Assembly: GCA_026129305.1 (NCBI GenBank) | Contig: JAHCII010000004.1 | Span: 10,446-74,445 of the forward strand | Source: Anaerolineales bacterium | Lineage (GTDB): Bacteria; Chloroflexota; Anaerolineae; Anaerolineales; UBA11579 | Direction of reading: 5' to 3' | DNA length: 64,000 bases | Part shown: positions 21,453 to 29,327 of the stretch, piece after piece | How the letters are laid out: every line of letters begins with the position of its first letter | How positions within the stretch are numbered: the stretch's first letter is position 1 | Notes under the pieces: model-generated | What the model was told of the DNA's origin: nothing | The model's input: only the letters and a program-made list of their open reading frames with translations | The model's database searches: none | Made by a program: the position numbers and the translations under genes

Positions 21453-22325
21453 CTAGGCCTCTTCAGGCTGGCGCGCTTCTCGGAAATCACCCTTTTCGAT
21501 TGCGCTTGGCGGAAAGCCAAAATGACGGCGGAACAGATGGCTGAACGAGCCCAAGCTGCTGAAGCCGACCTGCAGGCAGGTTTCTGTGACCGGCTTCCCG
21601 GCTTTCAGTAGCTGCTCTGCCCGGGCAAGACGCACGCGCGTCAGGTATCGGTGGGGCGTGAGGCCGAAGGTTTTGCGGAAAACGCGCAGTAGATGGTTAG
21701 GGGACATGTTCACCGCCGCAGCAATCATTTGTAGCGAAAGCGGTTCTGCGTAGCAAGCCAGGATATGTTCGCGGGCGATGTGGGCGCGCTGGTAGAGCGC
21801 TTTGCGCGTGGCCGGGTTGGCCGCGGGGAAGGCGCCTATCTGCCGACGCACGCGGCCAGCCAGTTGCAGCACGACGGGCAGCAAGCGCAGCAGCTGTTCA
21901 TCCAGCCAGGCCGGCTCATCTGTGTAGGCGGGATAAGCGCTGCGCAAGGCGCGCAGCCTCGGGGAAATAGCTTCATCGTGCAGGTAGCTGCGCGTAGGGA
22001 GTGTGGGAATGGCCAGCGGCCCCGGGTCCGGCTCGGCCAGTAAATCGCCATCGGCCTTATTTAGCCCTTGCAGCCCATCCCTGACCAACTCTGGCGAGAA
22101 GAAAATGCAGAAAGATTCGACCGGCTCGGCCGCGTCGATCTCGATGCGATATTCCTGGCCGTCGTTGAGCAGCATGTAGCGCTGCGCGTCCAGGCGGAAG
22201 CGCCCGCCTTCGGCTTGGTAGAGCGCCTCCCCGGCCACGAAGGACTTGATCGAAAGCCAGCCGGCGCCCTGCCACTCGTGGCGGCGGGCGCGCTGGTGCA
22301 AAATGAAGCTCTGCGAGCCGTTCAT
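21453..22325 (-). CDS. AraC family transcriptional regulator
   Basis: Trimmed from track ORF 21453..22631 to ATG 22325, which overlaps the recO stop as ATGA. C-terminal double HTH (MSPNHLLRVFRKTFGLTPHRYLTRVRL...VGFSSLGSFSHLFRRHFG). Confidence 0.85.
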   Translation of the reverse strand: MNGSQSFILHQRARRHEWQGAGWLSIKSFVAGEALYQAEGGRFRLDAQRYMLLNDGQEYRIEIDAAEPVESFCIFFSPELVRDGLQGLNKADGDLLAEPDPGPLAIPTLPTRSYLHDEAISPRLRALRSAYPAYTDEPAWLDEQLLRLLPVVLQLAGRVRRQIGAFPAANPATRKALYQRAHIAREHILACYAEPLSLQMIAAAVNMSPNHLLRVFRKTFGLTPHRYLTRVRLARAEQLLKAGKPVTETCLQVGFSSLGSFSHLFRRHFGFPPSAIEKGDFREARQPEEA

Positions 22326-23098
22326 GGTTGTTGGCTCGCGTTGCGGCGCACGCGCTCCAGAAAGCGCGGCGTGTTCAGGCTGCGTTCTGCCAGGTAAGTG
22401 ATGTAGGCGTTCATCAAGGTTTCCAGTTCGCGCAGCACGCTGGGGCTGGGGGCGGCACGCTGAGCCTGCGTGTAATTGCTGCGCTGCAGATGGCGCAGGA
22501 CTTTGAGGGCGGGCATCGAGATGGGCCGCGAGCCGCTGCGCCCCCGCCCGCAGCGCGGGCAGAGCACGCCGCCCTGCTCGAACGAAAAAAACTGATCTAC
22601 GGGTTGGATCTCCTGGCGGCAGCCCAGGCACTCTTGCAGCTCAGGCCGGAACCCCACCTGGTCCAGCAGACGCACTTCGTAATAGCGCACTGAGAGTTGC
22701 CCGCCTTCGCCGCTGGCCAGACGAGCCAGGGTCTCGGCCAGCAGCCGGTAGAGGCCGGGCTGGGCTTCGCCCTCCAGGCTGAATTTCTCAGCCAGCTCAG
22801 CGGCGTAGGCGGCGTAGCCCAGGCTTTCCAGGCTGCTGCTGAGCGCACTGTTGATCTCGATGGCTTCCGCTTGGCTGACGATGTACAGGTCGCGGCCGCT
22901 GGCCAGTTGCAGGCGCACCCGGCTGAAGGGCTCCAGGTGACCGCCCTTGCGTGAGCCGGGTTTGCGGGCACCCTTGGCCAGGGCGCGCAGCTTGCCCTGC
23001 TCACGGGTGAACAGGGTCAGCAAGCGGTCAGCTTCGCCGTAGTCGCTGTGCTTGAGCACAATCGCTTCGACGCGCTGCGAGCGGGCTTCGCGCGGCAT
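22322..23098 (-). CDS. recO: DNA repair protein RecO
   Basis: AIVLKHSDYGEADRLLTLFT...GKLRALAKG plus a C-terminal zinc motif CLGCRQ...CPRCG. Confidence 0.85.
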   Translation of the reverse strand: MPREARSQRVEAIVLKHSDYGEADRLLTLFTREQGKLRALAKGARKPGSRKGGHLEPFSRVRLQLASGRDLYIVSQAEAIEINSALSSSLESLGYAAYAAELAEKFSLEGEAQPGLYRLLAETLARLASGEGGQLSVRYYEVRLLDQVGFRPELQECLGCRQEIQPVDQFFSFEQGGVLCPRCGRGRSGSRPISMPALKVLRHLQRSNYTQAQRAAPSPSVLRELETLMNAYITYLAERSLNTPRFLERVRRNASQQP

Positions 23099-23164
23099 GG
23101 GGCGATTCTATCAGCGCGGCTTGCCGCCTGTATAATTTGTCATCTCGGATTTTGGAGGACGGCA

Positions 23165-23539
23165 ATGGATTTGGGCGCCTTTTCGATCAGCTTGAGCGTA
23201 AAAGATATTAAAGCTTCGCGCCAGTTCTATGAAAAGCTGGGCTTTGAAGCGTTTGGTGGCAAAGAAGAGGACAACTGGTTGATGCTGAAGAATGGCAATG
23301 CGGTGATCGGCTTGTTCCAAGGCATGTTTGAGAAGAACATGCTCACTTTCAACCCGGGGTGGGATGCAGTGGGCAACGACCTGCCCGAATTCACCGATGT
23401 TCGCCAGCTGCAGCAAATGCTCAAAGAGCGTGAGGTGGAATTGGACGGGGAAGTGGACCCCACAGTAGAAGCCGGTCCCGGATTCTTTACGCTTGTGGAC
23501 CCCGATGGCAACCCGATCCTGGTGGACCAGCACCGTTAA
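23165..23539 (+). CDS. VOC/glyoxalase family protein
   Basis: Trimmed to ATG 23165: MDLGAFSISLSVKDIKASRQFYEKLGFE...DPDGNPILVDQH. Confidence 0.7.
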   Translation: MDLGAFSISLSVKDIKASRQFYEKLGFEAFGGKEEDNWLMLKNGNAVIGLFQGMFEKNMLTFNPGWDAVGNDLPEFTDVRQLQQMLKEREVELDGEVDPTVEAGPGFFTLVDPDGNPILVDQHR

Positions 23540-23635
23540 CTTCCTTGCAGAGATCTCAAGCTCCTGCCAGCGGCGGGAGCTTTTCTTTTGGGCTTGACAA
23601 GGCTGCGGCCCTGTATTATTCTAGTGATAGAATAT

Positions 23636-24169
23636 ATGACCAATACTGAACTGGCCATCCTTGGTTTGATCATTGAGGCCCCGCGCCACGGCTACGAGAT
23701 CGAGCAGTTGATCGAACAGCGCAACATGCGCTCGTGGACCGAGATCGGCTTCTCCTCGATCTACTACATCCTCAGCAAGCTGGAACGGCGCGGGTGGCTG
23801 AGCAGCCGGCGCCAGCCCGCGGCTGGCCGCGGGCCGCAGCGCAAGGTTTACACGGCCCGGCCTGCCGGCCGCAAGGCTTGGGCGGCAGCCACCCTGCAGC
23901 TGCTGGCCGACCCAGGGCAGCCGCGCCCGTTCCTGCTGGGGCTGGCCGGCCTGCCCGGTTTGCCGGCTGGTGAAGCGCTGGCCGCCCTGCGACAGTACCG
24001 CCGTGGCCTGCTGCAACGCCGGGACGAGGTCGAAGCGGCCTGGCAGTCTGGCGGGCAGTTGCCCTATTTCCTGGACGGCATGTTCGAGTACAGCTTCAAT
24101 CTGCTGCAAACCGAGATCGAATGGCTGGACCGTTACATCCCGCGTCTGGAAAGTCATCTGGATCCGTAG
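23636..24169 (+). CDS. PadR family transcriptional regulator
   Basis: Trimmed to ATG 23636: LAILGLIIEAPRHGYEIEQLIEQRNMRSWTEIGFSSIYYILSKLERRGWL. Confidence 0.85.
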   Translation: MTNTELAILGLIIEAPRHGYEIEQLIEQRNMRSWTEIGFSSIYYILSKLERRGWLSSRRQPAAGRGPQRKVYTARPAGRKAWAAATLQLLADPGQPRPFLLGLAGLPGLPAGEALAALRQYRRGLLQRRDEVEAAWQSGGQLPYFLDGMFEYSFNLLQTEIEWLDRYIPRLESHLDP

Positions 24170-24177
24170 GAGTGATC

Positions 24178-24813
24178 ATGCAGAAGCTAGACTTGAAGAA
24201 GGAATACAAGCATCTCTACAACCCCAGCCCCAAAGAAGTCGTGCTGGTCGAAGTGCCGCGCTTCAACTTCATTATGATCGACGGCGTAATACCGGCGAAC
24301 ATGGCGGTAGAAGACGCGCCGGACTACCAGCATGCGCTGGAGGCGCTGTACAGCTACTCCTATACGCTGAAGTTCATGGTCAAGAAAGACACGGACAACC
24401 CGGTGGATTACGCCGTGATGCCACTGGAGGGCTTGTGGTGGTCTGCTAACAGCAGCCGTGAGTTTACGCCCAGCCGCAAGGACATCTGGTACTTCACCGC
24501 CATGATCATGCAGCCTGAGCCGGTGACCACGGCGCATTTTGCCGAAGCCCGCGAGCAACTGCGCAAGAAAAAAGACCTGCGAAGCCTGGACCTGGCGCGC
24601 TTCGAAGCTTTTGAGGAAGGGCTGGTGATGCAGATCATGCACATCGGCCCATATTCAGAGGAACCCGCCACGATCAAGCGCATGATTGCCTTCGGTGAAG
24701 AGCACGGCTACCGCGCCCACGGCAAGCACCACGAGATCTACTTGGGCGACCCGCGCCGCACCGCGCCCGATAGACTCAAGACGGTGCTACGGCATCCGGT
24801 GAAGCAGTTGTAA
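24178..24813 (+). CDS. GyrI-like small-molecule-binding domain protein
   Basis: Trimmed to ATG 24178: MQKLDLKKEYKHLYNPSPKEVVLVEVP...MHIGPYSEEPATI...GKHHEIYLGDPRR. Confidence 0.75.
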   Translation: MQKLDLKKEYKHLYNPSPKEVVLVEVPRFNFIMIDGVIPANMAVEDAPDYQHALEALYSYSYTLKFMVKKDTDNPVDYAVMPLEGLWWSANSSREFTPSRKDIWYFTAMIMQPEPVTTAHFAEAREQLRKKKDLRSLDLARFEAFEEGLVMQIMHIGPYSEEPATIKRMIAFGEEHGYRAHGKHHEIYLGDPRRTAPDRLKTVLRHPVKQL

Positions 24814-24819
24814 TCTGCA

Positions 24820-25563
24820 TCAGGCTTCCCACCACTGATACAACCCCAAATTTCCGCCTGCGCCGTCTGAGAGAAAACTTTCCTTGACGCTGAAGCCAGC
24901 CTCGGCGGCCAGCGCGGCCAGTTCCTCCTCGCTGAAGTGGTGAGCGTAGCGTAGGCCGCGGCCGCCGGCGCGCCAGTCCAGCAGATAATCGCTCTGGTCC
25001 ACATCGTCAGCCTGCAGCCCGGCGGCCTCCCAGGGCTGGATACGCGCCCGCAGCCGGGGGCTGTTGAGGAACTGCCAGTTGGACAGCGCCAGGCGCCGGG
25101 CTTTGTAGGGACGGGTCTTAGACCCGTCCCCGCGCAGCAACGTCCGGGCCTGGCGCAGAAGGCTCAGCCGTCGGGTCTGCCCGGGGATGTGGTGCAGCAC
25201 GGCGAAAGCGAAGACGAAGTCGAATGGCTCATCTTCTAGCTGGCTGCTCCAGTCTGGCTGGGTCAGGTCGGCTTCAAGAAACTGGAGATTGGAGAGTGGA
25301 GATTGTCCTCGGGCGGCGGACAGTAATTCAGCGCTGAAGTCCAGCCCCAGGTAGCGGCCGGTGTGGCCGCGGCGGGCCAGCTCCGCCGCCAGCACGCCGT
25401 TGCCGCAGCCCAGGTCGAGGATGCTGGCCCCGGCCGGCACGTTTTCCAGCACGCGCAGCACGCCCGCTTGGGGGCGGGCGCGGCTGGCGGAAAACGGTTG
25501 CGCCAGCGCCTGATAGAATTGCTTGTTCAAGGCGATCAAGCGTTCGGCAACGGCGTCTTGCAT
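24820..25563 (-). CDS. class I SAM-dependent methyltransferase, Trm9/ALKBH8-MT-like
   Basis: Trimmed from track ORF 24820..25752 to ATG 25563. SAM motif ILDLGCGNG. FSASRARPQ, FDFVFAFAVLHHIPGQTRR and DYLLDWR...RYAHHFSEEEL resemble the Trm9 family pattern (recalled from memory). Contains an in-frame heptamer-array copy. Confidence 0.6.
   Translation of the reverse strand: MQDAVAERLIALNKQFYQALAQPFSASRARPQAGVLRVLENVPAGASILDLGCGNGVLAAELARRGHTGRYLGLDFSAELLSAARGQSPLSNLQFLEADLTQPDWSSQLEDEPFDFVFAFAVLHHIPGQTRRLSLLRQARTLLRGDGSKTRPYKARRLALSNWQFLNSPRLRARIQPWEAAGLQADDVDQSDYLLDWRAGGRGLRYAHHFSEEELAALAAEAGFSVKESFLSDGAGGNLGLYQWWEA
25284..25304. repeat. RGAGATT heptamer array, copy C (single arm, inside a CDS)
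   Basis: GGAGATT-GGAGAGT-GGAGATT. Its reverse complement is 21/23 identical to the right arm of copy B. Encodes SPLSNLQ in the methyltransferase. Confidence 0.75.
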
Positions 25564-25576
25564 GGCTTGAGTATAG

Positions 25577-27193
25577 ATGATGACTCTCACCGGCAACCAA
25601 GAACCCCGCATTCGCAGCTGGGAGCAGGCCAAGCAGGCCACTCCGGAGCGCTTGGCCCTGGCACGCGCCGCGCTGGAGGACATCCGCGCCGGCAAGCCGG
25701 TCTTTGAGGCGCTCAGCCGCCACCCGTTGGCGGGCGGCGGCTTTGTGGGCAAGCAAATGCTGGTGGCGGCCTACCGCCAGCTGGTGGACAGCGGCGAGTG
25801 GGCTGAGGACCCGGCTTTGTTGGCACGCATCCGGCTGAAGCCGATGCGCAGCCTCTCGGGGGTTAGTGTGGTGACGGTGCTGACCAAGCCCTATCCCTGC
25901 CCCGGCAAATGCGTGTTCTGCCCCACGGATGTGCGCATGCCCAAGAGCTACCTGCCGGACGAACCGGGGGCGATGCGCGCCCTGCAGCACGACTTCGACC
26001 CCTACCGCCAGGTCGCCAGCCGCCTGGAGGCGCTGGAGGCGGTGGGCCATCCGACCGACAAGATCGAAATGCTGATCCTGGGCGGCACCTGGTCTTCGTA
26101 CCGCCGGGATTACCAGGAAGACTTTGTGCTGCGCATGTTCGCCGCGCTGAATGGTGAGGCCAGCCTGGATCTGGCCACAGCCCAGCGCTTGAACCAACGC
26201 GCCGCCCACCGCAGTGTGGGTTTGGCGATCGAAACGCGTCCCGACCACGTCAACCCAGAGGAGCTGGCCTGGCTGCGCTCTTTGGGCGTGACCAAGGTGC
26301 AGCTAGGCGCACAGAGTTTTGAGCCGCGCATTCTGGAACTCAACAAGCGCGGCCACACGCCGGAAGAAACCCGCCAGGCGGTGCAGTTGCTGCGGGCGGC
26401 TGGCTTCAAGATCGTGCTGCATTGGATGCCCAACCTGCTGGGCGCTACATTGGAGAGCGACCGGGTCGACTTCGCCAAACTGTGGGAGGGCTATTGCCCG
26501 GACGAGCTCAAGGTCTACCCCACCCAATTGCTGGAGAATGCTGAGCTGTACCTGCATTGGCAGCGCGGCGAATACCAGCCCTATACTTCTGAAGAACTGG
26601 TCGAACTGCTGGCCGACCTCAAAGCTGAAATTCCTGAGTATTGCCGCATCAACCGCGTGATCCGCGACATTCCCTCCAACAACGTGGTCGAGGGCAACCG
26701 TCGCACCAGTCTACGCATGGATGTGCACGAGCGCATGCAGGCGCGCGGCCAGCGCTGCCGCTGCATCCGCTGCCGCGAGGTGCGCGGCAGCCGCGTACAG
26801 GCTGAGCAACTGGAGCTGCGCGACCTGGCCTACAGCGCCGGCCCAGCCCAGGAGCATTTCCTCAGCTTCGTCACCCCCGAAGATCGCCTGGCGGGCTTCC
26901 TGCGCCTCTCGCTGCCTGGGCCGGATTCGCCGGCGACCGGCCTGGCCGACCTGGGCGGGGCCGCACTGGTGCGAGAAGTGCATGTCTACGGCCAGTCCCT
27001 GGAGATGGGCGCTGAGCAGCAGGGCGCCGCCCAGCACACCGGCCTGGGCACGCGCCTGCTGGCCGCGGCGGAGGAGCAAGCGCGGGCGGCGGGCTTCCGC
27101 CGCATGGCGGTCATCGCCGCCGTGGGCACGCGTGACTATTACGCCGGTCGCGGCTACCGCCTGGGTGAGACCTATATGGTCAAAGATCTGTAA
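25577..27193 (+). CDS. elp3: Elp3-family radical SAM / GNAT (tRNA wobble-uridine cm5U-type modification enzyme homologue)
   Basis: 538 aa. Radical-SAM cluster motif CPGKCVFCP. C-terminal GNAT (QHTGLGTRLLAAAEEQARAAGFRRMAVIAAVGTRDYY). Length and domain order match Elp3. Confidence 0.85.
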   Translation: MMTLTGNQEPRIRSWEQAKQATPERLALARAALEDIRAGKPVFEALSRHPLAGGGFVGKQMLVAAYRQLVDSGEWAEDPALLARIRLKPMRSLSGVSVVTVLTKPYPCPGKCVFCPTDVRMPKSYLPDEPGAMRALQHDFDPYRQVASRLEALEAVGHPTDKIEMLILGGTWSSYRRDYQEDFVLRMFAALNGEASLDLATAQRLNQRAAHRSVGLAIETRPDHVNPEELAWLRSLGVTKVQLGAQSFEPRILELNKRGHTPEETRQAVQLLRAAGFKIVLHWMPNLLGATLESDRVDFAKLWEGYCPDELKVYPTQLLENAELYLHWQRGEYQPYTSEELVELLADLKAEIPEYCRINRVIRDIPSNNVVEGNRRTSLRMDVHERMQARGQRCRCIRCREVRGSRVQAEQLELRDLAYSAGPAQEHFLSFVTPEDRLAGFLRLSLPGPDSPATGLADLGGAALVREVHVYGQSLEMGAEQQGAAQHTGLGTRLLAAAEEQARAAGFRRMAVIAAVGTRDYYAGRGYRLGETYMVKDL

Positions 27194-27651
27194 TGGCGGC
27201 CCGTGACCTGTACACCCGCCTGGCCTACGCTGGCCGCCACCCGCTGTGGGGCCGCCTGGCTTATGGATTGCTCAAGCTGCTCGGCGCCGAGATCCCGCGC
27301 AGCGTGGAGATCGGCCCAGGTTTCACGCTGGTGCATGGCGGTTTTGGCGTGGTGATCCACCCGAGGGCGCGCATCGGCCGCGACGTGAAGATCTACCCCG
27401 GCGTGACCCTGGGCCGGGCGGACATCCACCTGCCCATTGAGCAGTCGGCTTTCGAGGGCATCGAGTTGGGCGACGAGGTGATCCTCTCGCCGGGCAGCAA
27501 GGTGCTGTGTAAGCAGGGCGTGCTGCAGGTGGGTCGCGGCACGATGGTGGGGGCCAACGCGGTACTGCTCGAGTCCACGGGCGAGGGCGAAGTGTGGGCC
27601 GGAGTGCCTGCCAAGCGGGTGGGTAGGCGCGAGGGATGGCGCAAGACCTAG
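27193..27651 (+). CDS. left-handed beta-helix (hexapeptide) acyltransferase, CysE C-terminal-domain-like
   Basis: Hexapeptide repeats IGPGFTLVHGGFGVVIHPRARIGRDVKIYPGVTLG...VGANAVLL...GVPAKRV. The ATG shares one base with the elp3 TAA (TAATG). Confidence 0.65.
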   Translation: MAARDLYTRLAYAGRHPLWGRLAYGLLKLLGAEIPRSVEIGPGFTLVHGGFGVVIHPRARIGRDVKIYPGVTLGRADIHLPIEQSAFEGIELGDEVILSPGSKVLCKQGVLQVGRGTMVGANAVLLESTGEGEVWAGVPAKRVGRREGWRKT

Positions 27652-27682
27652 TCTCCTACCAAAATGGGAGGAATGTGGTATT

Positions 27683-27976
27683 ATGAGAGTGGTGGCAAAG
27701 AGCACCTTGGCAAAGTTCTGGGGTGCGCATCCTGATGCCACAGAAGTTCTGCGAGCTTGGTACGTGGATGCTTCCAACGCGCAGTGGCGCGGCCCCTCTG
27801 ATCTCAAGAAGATCTATACGGCGGTGAGTATCCTAAAGAACAATCGTGCGGTCTTCAATATCAAGGGAAACAGATATCGTTTGGTGGTGAAGATCAATTA
27901 TTCGGCACAGATCGTCTTTGTTCGGTTTGTGGGAACGCACGCTCAATACGACAAAATCGATGCACAGACAATCTAG
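27683..27976 (+). CDS. higB: type II toxin HigB (RelE-fold mRNA interferase)
   Basis: 97 aa: AWYVDASNAQWRGPSDLKKIY...NRAVFNIKGNRYRLVVKINY...VFVRFVGTHAQYDKID matches the HigB_toxin family pattern. Confidence 0.85.
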   Translation: MRVVAKSTLAKFWGAHPDATEVLRAWYVDASNAQWRGPSDLKKIYTAVSILKNNRAVFNIKGNRYRLVVKINYSAQIVFVRFVGTHAQYDKIDAQTI

Positions 27977-27987
27977 AGTAGATACTT

Positions 27988-28371
27988 ATGGAAATTAGAC
28001 CCATTCGAACTGAAGAAGATTATCAGGCTGCTCTGCAGGAAATTGACCGCGTTTTTGAGGCGCGGCCCAATACACCTGAAGCTGACCGCTTGGATGTGTT
28101 GGTGACCCTGGTCGAAAAATATGAACAGGAACATTATCCTATCGAAGCGCCGGACCCCATTGCAGCTCTGGAATACTTCATGGAAAGCCGCGGGCTGAGC
28201 CGGGCGGATTTGGAAGAGTACATCGGCGGGTCTGGCCGTATTTCTGAAGTACTTAACTATAAACGGCCGTTGTCTTTGAAGATGATCCGCAAATTGCACT
28301 ATAAACTTGGTATACCGGCTGAAGCTTTGTTGAAGGAAGTTCCGCTTAAATCTGAGCGTTATTCTACTTAA
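27988..28371 (+). CDS. higA: HigA antitoxin (HTH, XRE-like)
   Basis: 127 aa: MEIRPIRTEEDYQAALQEIDRVFEARPNTPEADRLDVLVTLVEKYE...ISEVLNYKRPLSLKMIRKLHYKLGIPAEALL. The toxin-first order is typical of higBA. Confidence 0.85.
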   Translation: MEIRPIRTEEDYQAALQEIDRVFEARPNTPEADRLDVLVTLVEKYEQEHYPIEAPDPIAALEYFMESRGLSRADLEEYIGGSGRISEVLNYKRPLSLKMIRKLHYKLGIPAEALLKEVPLKSERYST

Positions 28372-28382
28372 CTGCAACTTTC

Positions 28383-28411
28383 TTGACAGGGGCACAGCCG
28401 CCCTGTACAAT
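28383..28411 (+). promoter_or_regulatory. near-consensus sigma70-type promoter of tRNA-Phe
   Basis: TTGACA (28383-28388), a 17-nt spacer, TACAAT (28406-28411). The tRNA 5' end lies 10 nt downstream. Confidence 0.7.
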
Positions 28412-28421
28412 TCCCCTCCTT

Positions 28422-28494
28422 GCCGAGGTAGCTCAGTTGGTAGAGCACGCGACTGAAAATCGTGGGGTCGCCAGTTCAAGTCTGGCTCTCGGCA
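28422..28494 (+). tRNA. tRNA-Phe (GAA)
   Basis: Cloverleaf folded by hand: acceptor GCCGAGG/TCTCGGC, anticodon loop CTGAAAA, T-loop TTCAAGT. CCA is not fully encoded. Confidence 0.9.
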
Positions 28495-28497
28495 CCT

Positions 28498-28522
28498 AAG
28501 CCAGCGCAAAGCGCTGGCTTTT
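28498..28522 (+). terminator. intrinsic terminator after tRNA-Phe
   Basis: AAGCCAGCGC-AAA-GCGCTGGCTT followed by TT. Confidence 0.65.
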
Positions 28523-28568
28523 AAGAGAACCTGCTGGGCGAAGCCCAGCAACGGTTCTCTAGCATGGA

Positions 28569-28598
28569 TTGCACAAGCAAGATAGACTGCGTTATAAT
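28569..28598 (+). promoter_or_regulatory. promoter of tRNA-Gly
   Basis: TTGCAC, an 18-nt spacer, TATAAT (28593-28598). Confidence 0.6.
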
Positions 28599-28612
28599 CC
28601 TCAGCCTAACTT

Positions 28613-28685
28613 GCGGGCGTGGCTCAGTTGGTAGAGCGTCTCCTTGCCAAGGAGAAGGTCACGAGTTCGAGTCTCGTCGCCCGCT
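28613..28685 (+). tRNA. tRNA-Gly (GCC)
   Basis: Acceptor GCGGGCG/CGCCCGC, anticodon loop TTGCCAA, T-loop TTCGAGT, discriminator T. Confidence 0.9.
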
Positions 28686-28692
28686 CTGGTAC

Positions 28693-28723
28693 AAAAGAAA
28701 CGGGAAGCTTCCCGTTTCTTTTT
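28693..28723 (+). terminator. intrinsic terminator after tRNA-Gly
   Basis: GAAACGGGAAGCTTCCCGTTTC followed by TTTTT. Confidence 0.75.
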
Positions 28724-28760
28724 GTTTCAGTCAAGTTTGCTCGGTATAATCACGACGTTT

Positions 28761-28831
28761 GGCGACGTGGCCAAGTGGTAAGGCAAGGGTCTGCAAAACC
28801 CTGACCACGGGTTCGAATCCCGTCGTCGCCT
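28761..28831 (+). tRNA. tRNA-Cys (GCA)
   Basis: Acceptor GGCGACG/CGTCGCC, anticodon loop CTGCAAA, T-loop TTCGAAT, discriminator T. TATAAT at 28745-28750 lies 10 nt upstream. Confidence 0.9.
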
Positions 28832-28845
28832 CTAAAAGGAATAAG

Positions 28846-28875
28846 AAAATAGCAGCCCAACGGGCTGCTATTTTT
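28846..28875. terminator. bidirectional terminator (tRNA-Cys / rnhA)
   Basis: AAAATAGCAGCCC-AAC-GGGCTGCTATTTTT. Overlaps the rnhA stop codon. Confidence 0.7.
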
Positions 28876-29302
28876 GTTTCGACATGGCCTGGCGGGCCAG
28901 CTGATCCACGCGCTGGTTGTCCCGGTTGGTCGAGTGGCCTTTGACCCAATTCCAGCGGACCTGGTGGCCTTGGATGGCGCCGGCCAGCGCTTGCCACAGT
29001 TCCACATTGGCCAGCGCCCCGCCTTTGCGCTTCCAACCGCGCGCTTGCCAACCGGGCAGCCATTCGGTGATGCCTTTGCGCAGGTACTGCGAATCGGTAT
29101 AGAACTCCACCTGGCTGCCGGCCGGCAAAGCCTGCAGGGCGCGCAGCGCGGCGGTCAGTTCCATGCGGTTGTTGGTGGTGGCTGGTTCGCCGCCGCTGAG
29201 TACCTGCTCGCCCTCGGCGCTGCGCAACAGGGCAGCCCAGCCGCCAGGGCCGGGGTTGCCCAGGCAGGAGCCGTCAGTGTAAATAACAATGGGGGATTGC
29301 AT
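28868..29302 (-). CDS. rnhA: ribonuclease HI
   Basis: Trimmed to ATG 29302: [26 protein letters not shown]...[14 protein letters not shown]...TDSQYL...W..VKGHS...NQRVDQLA. Confidence 0.9.
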   Translation of the reverse strand: MQSPIVIYTDGSCLGNPGPGGWAALLRSAEGEQVLSGGEPATTNNRMELTAALRALQALPAGSQVEFYTDSQYLRKGITEWLPGWQARGWKRKGGALANVELWQALAGAIQGHQVRWNWVKGHSTNRDNQRVDQLARQAMSKQK

Positions 29303-29327
29303 GCCCGCATTGTAGCGGACGCGGTGG

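Noticed and set aside
27683-29302. Possible integrated mobile element at the tRNA cluster (TA module + tRNAs + RNase H).
   Set aside because: I found no integrase, transposase, phage gene or flanking direct repeat of a tRNA 3' end. rnhA is a normal housekeeping RNase HI.
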